64,000 nucleotides of DNA from an uncultured Verrucomicrobiae bacterium (GTDB taxonomy: Bacteria > Verrucomicrobiota > Verrucomicrobiia > Chthoniobacterales > Chthoniobacteraceae): assembly GCA_963836755.1 (NCBI GenBank), contig CAWIKF010000002.1:96001-160000 (forward strand), in the 5' to 3' direction. Position numbers and translations under genes: made by a program. Position 1 is the stretch's first letter, and every line of letters starts with the position of its first letter. Positions 33,231 to 43,224 of this stretch are shown piece by piece. The notes under the pieces are model-generated. The model ran no database searches. It saw only the letters and a program-made list of their open reading frames with translations, and was not told the DNA's origin.

Positions 33231-34169
33231 ATGAACCTACCCTGTCCTTGTCCGTTGTGTCAGCACGACACCGGCTCTTCGATTGACCGGCTTACCGGCG
33301 CGGAAATTCGCAAGCTATGGAAATCGCGCAACCGCGAGTTTTCACCCGAGGCATGGGGACCTCTCACACCGGAAACCGCGGTCGATCTCTTCCGTTGCGC
33401 AAATTGTGGGTTCACCTTCTTCGACCCGCGCTTCGCCGGTGGTGAAGCCCTTTACCGGGAGCTGGAAGACCCAACCTATTACACAGGTGCACGGCCGGAG
33501 TTTCAGCGCACGATCGAGTTCGCCCGCAAACATCACCTTCACCGAGTGCTCGATGTTGGCTGCGGAGCAGGGGCGTTTCTTGACCAAGCGCGCGCGGCGG
33601 GGCTCGAGACTGTGGGACTTGAACTAAACAAAACCGCCGCCGCAGTGGCTCGCGCAAAGGGGCATCCGATCTTTGACGTGCTCCTTCATGAAATCGATCC
33701 CGCGCAGGCTGGCAGCAAGTTTGATCTCATCACGCTTTTTCAAGTAGTTGAACACGTCACCGAACCTGTAGCGGTCATGCGCGCTGCGGCTGCGCGATTG
33801 AACTTGGGCGGATTCATCTCCATCGCCGTCCCTTCAGAAGATGGGCTTTTGAAATATGTGAGATGGGATCCTCATCAATGGCCGCCACATCACACCAGCC
33901 GCTGGAGGAAAGCAGATTTCCAGCAACTGGCGGCCGCTGCCGGTCTCGAGGTCGTGGAAAGTGGCGGAGATGTCCTGCAAGGCGGGGACTTCGCGTATTG
34001 GTGGAAGTTTCACAGTGAACTCGCACGCTGCATTGGGCGCAAACCTTTGCCGGGTGGAAATATCGCTCCGAACATCCTTTCCTTTATCTACCGGAAGACA
34101 GGAATGAAATATCTGATGCCTCATTGGGGGAGCAGCATCTACGGCTACTTCCGCCTTCCGCGGCGATGA
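33231..34169 (+). CDS. Class I SAM methyltransferase with N-terminal Zn ribbon
   Basis: CPLC...CANCG, LDVGCGAG, FQVVEHV, PPHH. Confidence 0.88.
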   Translation: MNLPCPCPLCQHDTGSSIDRLTGAEIRKLWKSRNREFSPEAWGPLTPETAVDLFRCANCGFTFFDPRFAGGEALYRELEDPTYYTGARPEFQRTIEFARKHHLHRVLDVGCGAGAFLDQARAAGLETVGLELNKTAAAVARAKGHPIFDVLLHEIDPAQAGSKFDLITLFQVVEHVTEPVAVMRAAAARLNLGGFISIAVPSEDGLLKYVRWDPHQWPPHHTSRWRKADFQQLAAAAGLEVVESGGDVLQGGDFAYWWKFHSELARCIGRKPLPGGNIAPNILSFIYRKTGMKYLMPHWGSSIYGYFRLPRR

Positions 34170-35707
34170 GCCGCTTCCGACGGTTTGCGCACAACGTTGG
34201 CTCCGGTTACGTCGCGCTGGGCGCGAACATCATCTATAGCTTCGCCTCAGTCCCATTAGCCTTGCACTATCTCTCACGGCAGGACTTCGGCTTGTGGGCG
34301 CTGTTGATGCAGCTCGTCGGCTACCTCGGGTTGATCGATCTCGGCATGAACGGCGCAGCGACCCGGCTCCTGATCGACCACAAGGACAACCCCGAAACTG
34401 GCGACTACGGAAGCATGGTGCAAACGACTGTTCTCGTTTCGCTGGTGCAGGCTCTCATCGTGGCGGGGGCAGGGCTCGCCTTTGCAACCATCTGCGCTCG
34501 ACTCGTCAGCATCCCCGCCGCGCGCGCTGCCGATTTTACCATGCTGCTGCGGTGGCAGATCCTGCTTACCGCCTTCGGTTTCGCCACCCGCCTCTTCGGC
34601 CAATTGCTCGGGGCGCATCAGCGCATGGACATCGCCAACTACGGCCAGACCTTCCAACTGCTCGCTGGCCTCGGCTTTCTCTGGTGGTTCTTCTCGCATG
34701 GCGCGGGAATTTTCGGCCTCCTCTATTCCAGCGCGCTCGGCACCCTTCTCTGCACCGCGCTCTTGGCGATCATGTGCCAGGTCCTCGGCCTCTTTCCACC
34801 GCGCAAATTTCTCGGCGCTCCCTCATGGCGCGTCTTCAAGGAAGTCTTCGGCTACGGCAAAGATGTCTTCCTCGTCGCCTTCGGTGGCCAGCTCATCATG
34901 GAAAGCGCCACGATCATCCTCGCCCGCCGTCTCGGCCTTGAAAAAGTAGCCGCGTGGGCAGTCGGCACGCGTATGTTCACCCTCGTCTGCCAGGTCATCT
35001 GGCGCATCTCCGATTCCGCGATGGCTCCCTTTGCCGAGATGATGGCGCGCCGCGAGCACGAGCGCCTCTTCCGACGTTACAAGGAAATGGTCATCGCTTC
35101 CTGTGCCATCGCCGGAGTCGGCGCGACGATCTTCGCCGCCTGCAACAGTCTTTTCATCCATGTCTGGACTTTGGGCAGAATCGAGTGGGCTCCGCACAAC
35201 GATCTCTTGCTCGCGATCTGGATCATTCTTCTTACTCTTGTTCATTGCCATTGCGGCTTTGTCCTCATCACCAAACAGATCGGCTGGATGCGTTACATCT
35301 ATCTGCTGGAGGGAATCGTGTTCATCGCTTCCGCGCTCGTAGCAGTCCGCTTTTTTGGCATTGCAGGGATTCTCATCGCCTCGTTGGTCTCCGGATTGGG
35401 ACTGAGTGGAACCTACGGAATTTTAAGAATCGCCCGATATTTCGAACGTAGCCCGATGGAAGTCGGCCTCGAATGGCTAGTCCCGATGGCGAAAGTCCTC
35501 GCTATCCTCGCACCGGTGACGCTGCTCCTATGGTTTCTTACGCTGCCTCTTTCACCATTGATCCGGCTAATCCTTCTAGGAATCATCCCATCCCTCCTTG
35601 GCAGCTTTCTCCTGATCCGCTTTGTTCTGACGGCCGAAATGTTCTCGCACTTTCCCATCCGACTTCAGTCTCCACTTAGGCCTTTCGTATCGTTCAAAGT
35701 ATCATGA
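34166..35707 (+). CDS. Polysaccharide flippase (Wzx/MATE-like)
   Basis: VPLALHYLS..DFGLWAL, LIDLGM; about 12-14 TM segments. Confidence 0.8.
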   Translation: MSRFRRFAHNVGSGYVALGANIIYSFASVPLALHYLSRQDFGLWALLMQLVGYLGLIDLGMNGAATRLLIDHKDNPETGDYGSMVQTTVLVSLVQALIVAGAGLAFATICARLVSIPAARAADFTMLLRWQILLTAFGFATRLFGQLLGAHQRMDIANYGQTFQLLAGLGFLWWFFSHGAGIFGLLYSSALGTLLCTALLAIMCQVLGLFPPRKFLGAPSWRVFKEVFGYGKDVFLVAFGGQLIMESATIILARRLGLEKVAAWAVGTRMFTLVCQVIWRISDSAMAPFAEMMARREHERLFRRYKEMVIASCAIAGVGATIFAACNSLFIHVWTLGRIEWAPHNDLLLAIWIILLTLVHCHCGFVLITKQIGWMRYIYLLEGIVFIASALVAVRFFGIAGILIASLVSGLGLSGTYGILRIARYFERSPMEVGLEWLVPMAKVLAILAPVTLLLWFLTLPLSPLIRLILLGIIPSLLGSFLLIRFVLTAEMFSHFPIRLQSPLRPFVSFKVS

Positions 35708-36411
35708 CTCCTACTCACCCGAAGGCCGAGCACCCACTTAAACACTTCAAGAAAATCCCATCCTGCACGCTAAGACGCGCTGATCGGACTTATCTCACGG
35801 CCTTGAACCTCGAAGCTTCACTCATGCAGTGCCGCGAATATATTCGCGGAAGCCTTCTCGATGTCGGTTGCGGGCGGAAGCCTTATCAAAATACCTACTT
35901 TTCAGGCGCTACCACCTATCTGGGCGCGGACTATCTCTCCGATCGTTCGACTCCCGATGTCATTTGTTCTGCTCTGGACCTTCCTTTTGACCCGCAATCC
36001 TTCGATACGGTGGTCAGCACCGAAGTGCTCGAACATGTGCCCGACCCGCTCCTCGCCTTCAAAGAAATGCACCGGGTTCTCCGTCCGACGGGCTATCTGA
36101 TCCTAAGCACGCCCATGTATTGGCCCCGCCATGATCTGCCGTATGATTTTTTCCGCTATCCCTACGATGGGCTGATGCATTTGCTAAAGGAGAGCGGATT
36201 TGAAGTCGTCCGGTTGTTTAACCGCGGACAATCTTACGCATTCCTCGGCCAGGTCATTCAGCACATCGGCATTCATTATGTGCTGCCTGCCCCGATTGCC
36301 AGGGCGGTGAGCTGGTGTCTGAACAGCTTTTTTCTCTGGTGCGAAAGACATCTCGATCACGACCTGCTCACCATGGGCTGGACCGTCGTCGCACGGCCAG
36401 TCGCAAGCTGA
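35704..36411 (+). CDS. Class I SAM methyltransferase (Methyltransf_11-like)
   Basis: LDVGCGRKPY, TEVLEHVPDP, H..PYDFFRY. Confidence 0.9.
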   Translation: MTPTHPKAEHPLKHFKKIPSCTLRRADRTYLTALNLEASLMQCREYIRGSLLDVGCGRKPYQNTYFSGATTYLGADYLSDRSTPDVICSALDLPFDPQSFDTVVSTEVLEHVPDPLLAFKEMHRVLRPTGYLILSTPMYWPRHDLPYDFFRYPYDGLMHLLKESGFEVVRLFNRGQSYAFLGQVIQHIGIHYVLPAPIARAVSWCLNSFFLWCERHLDHDLLTMGWTVVARPVAS

Positions 36412-36431
36412 CGGCGGCTCTCTTTTCTCTG

Positions 36432-36480
36432 AAAAAAAGCCGCGCAGCCGGATTTCTCCCCGGCTGCGCGGTTTTTGTTT
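36432..36480. terminator. Bidirectional intrinsic terminator
   Basis: A7 run, 12-bp stem CCGCGCAGCCGG/CCGGCTGCGCGG, T-rich tail; lies between convergent genes. Confidence 0.9.
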
Positions 36481-36494
36481 GCGAAGGTCTGCGC

Positions 36495-37178
36495 CTACGC
36501 CGGGTTCACGTTGACCGATAGCGACATGCTCCAGTCGCCGGTGGTCGCGTCGCCGTCGAGGTAGATCATCCGGTATTCACGGATCTCGGGCTGGTTCGCG
36601 ACCGCGAGCGGACGCGTGTCCACGAAGGGCGAGAACAGGTCGGTCCCGAGATCGGTCCAAGTCGCATCCGTCGGGTGACGGCTTTGAACTTTGACGCCAG
36701 TCCAGCCGTCTTTTTCCCATGGAAGGGTGACGTTGCCGGCGTTGGTATCGGTTACATGGAAGACCGGCGGCGCGGATGGCTCGGTCGGCGCTGGGCTGCT
36801 GGTGCCGTCAATGCCGAGGTCGATGCCGATCGCCACGGTGTAGGCCGGGTGGTTCACGATCCGGGCGATCAACGCACGCAGGCGCGCGATCACGCCGGGC
36901 AGCACGGCAGTCGGCAATGCGCCGAAAACCGGCAGCGACGGGAAGGGCATTCCGGTGCCAGTGCCATTCTTGATGAGGTTTTTGTAGCTCGTCATCGTCT
37001 GCGTGGAGGTGCGCAGCTGCTTCAAGACCTGGAGGTAAATTGCCTTCAGGTAGTTGCAATCGTTGACGGCTGAGGTGATTTCCGTTGCCAGCAAGCCGAC
37101 GTTGGGGCCTTGCAGTGGGATTTTGGCTGCGAAGTTCTCGAGCCAGACGGGCTGGGAACCTTCATTTTTAGGGATCAT
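36495..37178 (-). CDS. Uncharacterised 227-aa protein: predicted helical N-domain, Pro-rich linker, beta-rich (FN3-like) C-domain
   Basis: Clean ORF after an A-rich leader; WLENFAAKI...RIVNHPAYTVAIGIDLGI...W.K..W.GVKV.SR...FVDTRP...EIREYRMIY...GDWS; followed by the terminator. Confidence 0.85.
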   Translation of the reverse strand: MIPKNEGSQPVWLENFAAKIPLQGPNVGLLATEITSAVNDCNYLKAIYLQVLKQLRTSTQTMTSYKNLIKNGTGTGMPFPSLPVFGALPTAVLPGVIARLRALIARIVNHPAYTVAIGIDLGIDGTSSPAPTEPSAPPVFHVTDTNAGNVTLPWEKDGWTGVKVQSRHPTDATWTDLGTDLFSPFVDTRPLAVANQPEIREYRMIYLDGDATTGDWSMSLSVNVNPA

Positions 37179-37292
37179 TTTGTTTTTCTTTCTGTGTTGA
37201 GCCACGCCATGGATTGGCGCCGCGAAGCGATCCTGAGGGAGGAAAGCGTCGGTCGTGTGACGGAAAAGTTACTTTCCTGTGTCATTTTGGCC

Positions 37293-37604
37293 GGAAATGG
37301 CTTCTGCCAGTGTGCGGAGCCATTCTGCCGGTGGGCCGAACCATTCTACCGGTGCGCAGAACCATTCGGCGCGTCGGCAGAACCATTCTGCCCGTGCGCC
37401 GAGGCCTCTGACGGCTGGCAGAACCATTCTACCGGTGCGCGGAACGATTCTGCCGGGCCGCCGAGCCCTCCGCCGGCGCGCAGAATCATTCCGCCGGTGC
37501 GCAGAACCGTTCTGCCGGGTCGCCGAGGCCTCCGCCGGGGCGCGGAACCATTCCGCCGACGCGCAGAATCGTTCTGCCGAGGCGTAAAACCGTTCTGCAA
37601 CAGA
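37293..37604. repeat. 21/20-bp tandem repeat array 2, palindromic core GCAGAA-CCA-TTCTGC (reverse complement of the array 1 core)
   Basis: Units start at 37314, 37335, 37356, 37377, 37398*, 37418, 37439, 37460*, 37480, 37501, 37522*, 37542, 37563, 37584 (* = 20-bp variant). Confidence 0.93.
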
Positions 37605-37642
37605 GTAAACTGCCGCTTCCCGCGTGCTTCGGGAGAAACCGC

Positions 37643-38842
37643 CTACGCCGAAAGCCTTTTCGCCAGTCGCCGAAAGGGACGCAACAGCGGCGCGTATTTC
37701 CACGGGTGGCGATCCCGCAGCGGCGCACGCACTTTTACCGCAGCCCGCCACGGGACGCGTGGCTTCGGCGCATTTTCGAGGCCCGCAAGCCAACAGTCCG
37801 CCATTTTTTCCACGGAAAACTCGGTGCGCGCAGTCGCGGTCGCCGCGAGCGATTTTGCCTGCAGCTCGTCGCGATGCGTGTGCAGGTGGATGATCGCCCG
37901 CGCGTAACCGTCGGTGTCGTCCGGTGGCACGGGCACGCCGTTGGTTTCATTCACCACCTCGCGAATGCCGCTCTCGAGCGCGCTCGCCACCGGGACGACT
38001 CCGTGCCCCATCGCCTCCAGCAGGCTCATCGGCAATCCCTCGGATTCCGAGGCGAGCAGGAAAATGTCGCGGTCGGCCAGCAGTTGCGGCACTTCGTGAT
38101 AGGCGATGGTGTCGAGGAAGCGGACGGTTTGCGCTGGCGAGGTGCTGCGCATATTTTCCTCCAGCCACGCGCGCTCCTCGCCCTCGCCGGCGATCACCCA
38201 ATCGAACGGCACGCCCGCGGCGGTGAGCGCGGCCATGATTTGCGGGAAAAGTCGCACCCGTTTTTGCGGATGGATGAGCCGGCCGAAGTAAAGGATGCGC
38301 AAGGGGCGGTCGAGGTTTGGCGGATCGGCGCGGGGCGGGGTGCGAAAGGGGATGCCGTTCGGCACGTAGTGGACCGCGTTCAACAAGAAGTCAGGCATCC
38401 CGCGGAGCCTGTCGGCAATGGCTTGGGAGACGGCCATGAGGCCATCGACACAATGGCGAAAGGGGCGGACGGCATCGTAGAAAATCCAATGATCGCAATG
38501 GATGACGGCAAGGCGGGTGACGCGATCTGGGACATAGCGAAGTATTTCGAGCGGCCCCTCACCGAGCCAGGCGATGACCGCATCCGGCCGGAACCGCGCC
38601 AGCCCGGAGAGGATGTTTTTCACACAATCCTCGAAGATGAGGCGGCGATCATCCTGCCGCGTGAAGTTGAGCCCGAGCGCGGCGATGTCGGAATCGTAGT
38701 CGCAGAGATGGGTGAGCGCGAAAAGCCGGATGTCGTGGCCGCGCGCGCCGAGCTCGGCGGCGAGGTTGAGGAGCGCCGTGGATGCGCCGCCCATGGCAAG
38801 GTCGCCGACGATGAATGCGAGGCGCATTGGGCGGTCGGTCAT
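37643..38842 (-). CDS. Glycosyltransferase family 4
   Basis: LAMGGAS, GRLIHPQKR, SESEGLPMSLLEAMGHG. Confidence 0.92.
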   Translation of the reverse strand: MTDRPMRLAFIVGDLAMGGASTALLNLAAELGARGHDIRLFALTHLCDYDSDIAALGLNFTRQDDRRLIFEDCVKNILSGLARFRPDAVIAWLGEGPLEILRYVPDRVTRLAVIHCDHWIFYDAVRPFRHCVDGLMAVSQAIADRLRGMPDFLLNAVHYVPNGIPFRTPPRADPPNLDRPLRILYFGRLIHPQKRVRLFPQIMAALTAAGVPFDWVIAGEGEERAWLEENMRSTSPAQTVRFLDTIAYHEVPQLLADRDIFLLASESEGLPMSLLEAMGHGVVPVASALESGIREVVNETNGVPVPPDDTDGYARAIIHLHTHRDELQAKSLAATATARTEFSVEKMADCWLAGLENAPKPRVPWRAAVKVRAPLRDRHPWKYAPLLRPFRRLAKRLSA

Positions 38843-38849
38843 TGCAAGA

Positions 38850-38924
38850 ATCGTAGGGACAACTTTTTACGCGCGCAATGAGGCGTGCGAAAAAAATTGA
38901 GGCGGAGTTTGTGTCGGTTATGCT
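38850..38924. promoter_or_regulatory. Back-to-back divergent sigma70-like promoters, both apparently leaderless
   Basis: Minus: TTGCGC-N17-TACGAT-N7-ATG(38842). Plus: TTGAGG-N16-TATGCT-N7-GTG(38932). Confidence 0.6.
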
Positions 38925-38931
38925 GGCGGCA

Positions 38932-39978
38932 GTGAACAATCATTTCGAGGCGACGCGCATTGTTCCCACTACTCGATTTGTCGAGGCGGCTCTGCCGTTG
39001 GTCACGGTGAATATTCTTTCGTTCAATCGCAAAGAGGAATTGCGCATCACTTTAACGAAGCTCGCGGGAAGCTTGAACTATCCTGCGGAGAAGATGGAGA
39101 TCATCGTCGTCGATAATGCGTCGACGGATGGAACGGTGGCGATGTTGAGGGAGGATTTTCCGAAGGTTCAAGTGATCGCTCGCGACGTCAATGTGGGGAT
39201 CTCGGCGTGGAATGACGGTTTTCGGAAAGGGCGCGGCGATTACTTTTTGGTGTTGGATGATGATTGTTATATCGAGGGAGACTCGTTGCAACTGGCGGCA
39301 GGCAATGCCGTGGAGCATGGGGCGGATATTGTTTCCTTTCATGCCATCAATCCATTGGATGAAGGCTATTCCTTTAATGAAACCATCAATCCGGGACTGC
39401 TTTCGTTTTGGGGTTGCGCCGTGCTAATCAGCAGGCGGGCGATCGAGAAGCTCTCCGGCTTTGACCCAAATATTTTCGTGTATATGCACGAGCTGGAGTT
39501 TTCGATTCGAGCCCTTGGCCACGGCTGCCAACACCTCTATCTTCCGCAAGTGCTCGCTTTTCACATGAAACCAAAAGGGAAGGCGTTGACTGCGAGTGCC
39601 GCGGCTGGCTGCCGCTGTTCGTTCAATCATGGCTATATCATCGGCAAGCTCTTTAACTTTGATCACATCGCACGCGGCTGCGCCTACACGATGGTCGGAT
39701 ATATGCGCCAATACTGGAGGCGGCCCGGCTTGGGACTTCGTTTGAAATTCGCGTTTTTTCGCGGTCTCTTTCGAGGACTTGCAAATCATCAGCCGGTGAA
39801 TCGGGAAACCGTTCGCTTCTACACGCAGAACTACCTCGCGTTTCGCCCGCCTATGCTTTCTCTGGCAAGGCAACGGATGAAGGCGGAGAATCTTTTCCGT
39901 TCCCGGCGCAGCGAGCTCTATTCTCTTAATCAAAGCGCATTGCTCTCCGTGCGGGAATTCGTTCAATCCGCTACTTGA
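38932..39978 (+). CDS. Glycosyltransferase family 2
   Basis: VVDNASTDGT, LVLDDDCY, FVYMHELE. Start inferred from the promoter. Confidence 0.9.
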   Translation: MNNHFEATRIVPTTRFVEAALPLVTVNILSFNRKEELRITLTKLAGSLNYPAEKMEIIVVDNASTDGTVAMLREDFPKVQVIARDVNVGISAWNDGFRKGRGDYFLVLDDDCYIEGDSLQLAAGNAVEHGADIVSFHAINPLDEGYSFNETINPGLLSFWGCAVLISRRAIEKLSGFDPNIFVYMHELEFSIRALGHGCQHLYLPQVLAFHMKPKGKALTASAAAGCRCSFNHGYIIGKLFNFDHIARGCAYTMVGYMRQYWRRPGLGLRLKFAFFRGLFRGLANHQPVNRETVRFYTQNYLAFRPPMLSLARQRMKAENLFRSRRSELYSLNQSALLSVREFVQSAT

Positions 39979-39981
39979 TCG

Positions 39982-41169
39982 GTGGATACTCCCAATCGAC
40001 CGAGGGTCGTCTGCCTGAGCAATGTCTTCGACCAGCATTATCATGATCTGCGCGAGGATGAATTGCCACGCTGCCTGAGCCTTGGGAAGCGCCGCGATTT
40101 ATTTGCCTGCCTGCAAAGCGCGACGGAACGGGAGCTGATCCTTCTTTCCGCTCCGCCAAAGGCGCTCGAGCGTAAATGGACGCGGTGGCTGCCCGCGGTG
40201 CGGACGCAGTTTTATGATCACCCGCAATTCTTCTGCGCCAACTGGGATGCGCCGAAGCTCTGCCTGCCTTTCTCCTGGTTCTCCTATGCGCTGCACGTGC
40301 TGAAACATGTGCGCGACGGCGACATCCTAGTGCTGGATAACTATGAGCTGATCTATGTGCTGGCCGCGCGAGTGACGGCAATGTTTCGCAAGGTGAAGAT
40401 CATTCTCGACTATGAGGATGGGAAGCACTTGATCGACAAAGGGTGGGTGAGGCTGCTGAGCGGCGCCGCAGAAAGGCTGGGTCGCGGATTGCTCGACGGC
40501 GCTTTGCTGGCTCACCCGGCGCTTGCGGGGCGGTTGCCGGCGGAATTGCCGAAGGTGTTGGTGCCGGGATTTGTGCTGCTCAAAGCGGAGGAAGCAAAGG
40601 AACATCCGGCGGCGGGAAATATCGTTCGCTTCCTTTATTCCGGCTCGCTCGATGAAGCTCGCGGGGTGGATCTCCTGCTGGCAGCGCTGGCGCACTTACC
40701 CACAAAAGGGTGGAGGCTGGATATCTCAGGCTGGGGACCGCTAGCTGACTCGGCGAGCGACACCGCCGCGCAGCCGCAATATGTGGGAAAAGTTTTCGTT
40801 CACGGCACGCTGGAAGCGGAGGCTTACAAGGAATTGGTAGCCGCCTGCGATGCCGGCTTGAACTGCCAAAGGGCTTCCGATCCCATCTCCAGCGTGACCT
40901 TTCCTTCCAAGGTCTTCACTTATCTCTCCGGCGGATTGCTCGTGCTCAGCAGCAAGGCGAGCGCAGTTCCCGAGATTTGCGCCGATGCCTGTTATTACTA
41001 TGACGAGGAGAGCGCTGACTCTTTGGCCGAGGCGATGAGTGCAATGATCACTGATTGGAATGGAGTGCGAGATGCGGTTCATCCCAAAACCGCGGAGTTG
41101 CGCTATTCCATGCCAGCAACCAGACTTCGGCTCCAGGAGTTCCTAACAGAACTCTCGATCACCGCATGA
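39982..41169 (+). CDS. Glycosyltransferase family 4-like
   Basis: YSGSLDEARGV, FPSKVFTYL. Confidence 0.85.
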   Translation: MDTPNRPRVVCLSNVFDQHYHDLREDELPRCLSLGKRRDLFACLQSATERELILLSAPPKALERKWTRWLPAVRTQFYDHPQFFCANWDAPKLCLPFSWFSYALHVLKHVRDGDILVLDNYELIYVLAARVTAMFRKVKIILDYEDGKHLIDKGWVRLLSGAAERLGRGLLDGALLAHPALAGRLPAELPKVLVPGFVLLKAEEAKEHPAAGNIVRFLYSGSLDEARGVDLLLAALAHLPTKGWRLDISGWGPLADSASDTAAQPQYVGKVFVHGTLEAEAYKELVAACDAGLNCQRASDPISSVTFPSKVFTYLSGGLLVLSSKASAVPEICADACYYYDEESADSLAEAMSAMITDWNGVRDAVHPKTAELRYSMPATRLRLQEFLTELSITA

Positions 41170-42347
41170 CTCCACCTATCCCGAAAGTGCTGGTTATCAC
41201 GTGTGGAGCATGGTGGCTCCCATGGACGGCTAAAGCCTTTCACGCCAGAGACTCACTGGCTCAGCTATGGGTTACAGATCGCTGCAGAAATGGGCTTGCT
41301 GCTGACAAGGTTCGGCGCTGCTGGCCGTTCCAGATCGCAATGCAACCGTTCTTTCGCCTCGCGCCGCAGATCGTGATTGAGCGCGCGTTCTACGCGCTTT
41401 TTCCGATCTGGCGGCATTGGCTGAACTCGAAACTGGCCAGCCAGGTCGAGCCAGACGTGAACGTCATTCAAGCGATCATGGGATTTGCGACCGAGCCTTT
41501 CGATCATGCGGAAAAAATCGGCGCGCTGAAGGTGGTTGACTGTCCCAACAGTCATCCGACGAGCTACTACGGCTACTGGCAACGGGAATGCGATCTTTGG
41601 TGCCCCCGCGAAAAGGTGCCGATCCCGCAATGGATGTTCGCGCGAATGAACCGTGAGCTGGAGCGGGCGGACTTGATCCTTTGTCCTTCCACTTTTGTCC
41701 GCGATACGATGCTGGCCAATGGAATTCCAGAAGCAAAATGCCTGGTCAACCCGTTTGGCGTCGATACCTCCACCTTTAAGCCCCGGCAGAGCGTTCCTGA
41801 AACGCCGCGTTTCATTTCGGTGGGATCGATTTGTGTGCGCAAAGGGTATCAATATCTTTTTCGCGCCTTTGAGATCGTGAAGCACACTCTTCCATCCGCG
41901 GAGTTGATCTGCGTGGGCGGTTACAAGACAGACTTCCGGAAGGAGCGTCCGAAATGGGAAGGAACTTTCACGCATATACCTTCGCTGGATCATTCTGCAT
42001 TGAGCGACAAACTCGCCACGTGCAGTGCATTTGTCTTTCCGTCCTGCGAGGAAGGTTTTGCGAGGGTTCTTCCCGAAGCCATGGCCGCCGGCCTTCCAAT
42101 CCTAGCCAGTCATGAGAGCGGCGCGACCACCTTAGTGCAGGACGGCATGGAAGGATTCATCGTCCGCGCACGCGATCCGCAGAACATCGCCGATGCCATG
42201 ATCAAGGTGGCGACCGATCGGGAGATGAATCGGCGGATGGGAGAAGCTGCCTTCCTGAAAGGCGCCGCAAAAAACACCTGGCAGGATTATGGCGATCGGC
42301 TGCTTGCGGAATATGACCGGCGTCTCAACCTTGGTAAGGTGCTTTAG
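41166..42347 (+). CDS. Glycosyltransferase family 4
   Basis: PFGVD, RKGYQYL, FPSCEEGFARVLPEAMAAGLP. Confidence 0.92.
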   Translation: MTPPIPKVLVITCGAWWLPWTAKAFHARDSLAQLWVTDRCRNGLAADKVRRCWPFQIAMQPFFRLAPQIVIERAFYALFPIWRHWLNSKLASQVEPDVNVIQAIMGFATEPFDHAEKIGALKVVDCPNSHPTSYYGYWQRECDLWCPREKVPIPQWMFARMNRELERADLILCPSTFVRDTMLANGIPEAKCLVNPFGVDTSTFKPRQSVPETPRFISVGSICVRKGYQYLFRAFEIVKHTLPSAELICVGGYKTDFRKERPKWEGTFTHIPSLDHSALSDKLATCSAFVFPSCEEGFARVLPEAMAAGLPILASHESGATTLVQDGMEGFIVRARDPQNIADAMIKVATDREMNRRMGEAAFLKGAAKNTWQDYGDRLLAEYDRRLNLGKVL

Positions 42348-42411
42348 CTCGGGGATGCACTGCAAATAAATATTGGTATTCCGTCATGCAGAACTGAGGA
42401 TAACCTGCTGC

Positions 42412-43224
42412 ATGAACCTGCGCGGTTTTCTATTCGGACGTCTGAAGGGCTTCATGATCCCTCGCGCACAACGGCGCATCCTCTCGCTCGGTCCGACCAA
42501 GGAGATTGTGCGGCAGGACTGGGAGGAGAGCCTGCGCGATCCGACCGCATTCTACGCGCGCTGCTATCGTTATTTTCACTACAACCTCCCGATCCCTTTC
42601 AAGGAGCATCGAAAATACTTCACCGCAGAAAACCGCGGCTTTGGAGAAGATGCTTTTCATGCGATGTGGTTCTTCCTCTTTCGTGAGTTCATGCCGCAAA
42701 GCTTTCTCGAGATTGGCGTGTATCGCGGACAGGTGCTGAGTCTTGCGGCGATGCTTCAGCGGGACTTGCAAATACCAAACCCAAAGCTTCTGGGGATTTC
42801 GCCATTTGCGCCAATCGGCGACAGCGTGAGCAAATATGGAGGCAAGGTGGACTATCTCGCGGACACTCTATCGAATTTCGAACACTTCGGCCTGACAAAG
42901 CCTCGTCTGCTAAAAGCCTACTCCACCGATCCGGAAGCGGTCGCTGCGATTGCGGCAGAGTCTTGGGATTGCATCTACATTGATGGTAATCACGACTATG
43001 CAGTTGCAAAGGCGGACTGGGAGAACTGCGCAAAGGCGGTGCGGCCGGGAGGCATCATCGTCCTTGATGACTCGGGGCTCACCACTGGCTACGCCCCGCC
43101 ACTCTTCGCCACGAAAGGACATCCAGGTCCATCCCGGGTCGCAGAGGAAATCGATGTCGATCAATTCCGTGAAATCCTCCAAGTGGGCCATAACCGTGTA
43201 TTTCAAAAAATCGGCGCAAAGTGA
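42412..43224 (+). CDS. Class I SAM methyltransferase (Methyltransf_24-like)
   Basis: LEIGVYRG, IYIDGNHDY, PGGIIVLDD. Confidence 0.88.
   Translation: MNLRGFLFGRLKGFMIPRAQRRILSLGPTKEIVRQDWEESLRDPTAFYARCYRYFHYNLPIPFKEHRKYFTAENRGFGEDAFHAMWFFLFREFMPQSFLEIGVYRGQVLSLAAMLQRDLQIPNPKLLGISPFAPIGDSVSKYGGKVDYLADTLSNFEHFGLTKPRLLKAYSTDPEAVAAIAAESWDCIYIDGNHDYAVAKADWENCAKAVRPGGIIVLDDSGLTTGYAPPLFATKGHPGPSRVAEEIDVDQFREILQVGHNRVFQKIGAK

Noticed and set aside
37110..37907. ORFs across repeat array 2 (37110-37907, 37269-37793, 37279-37587, 37346-37600)
   Set aside because: Open in many frames because the repeat lacks stops. They shift repeat frame internally and the two longer ones overlap real genes.
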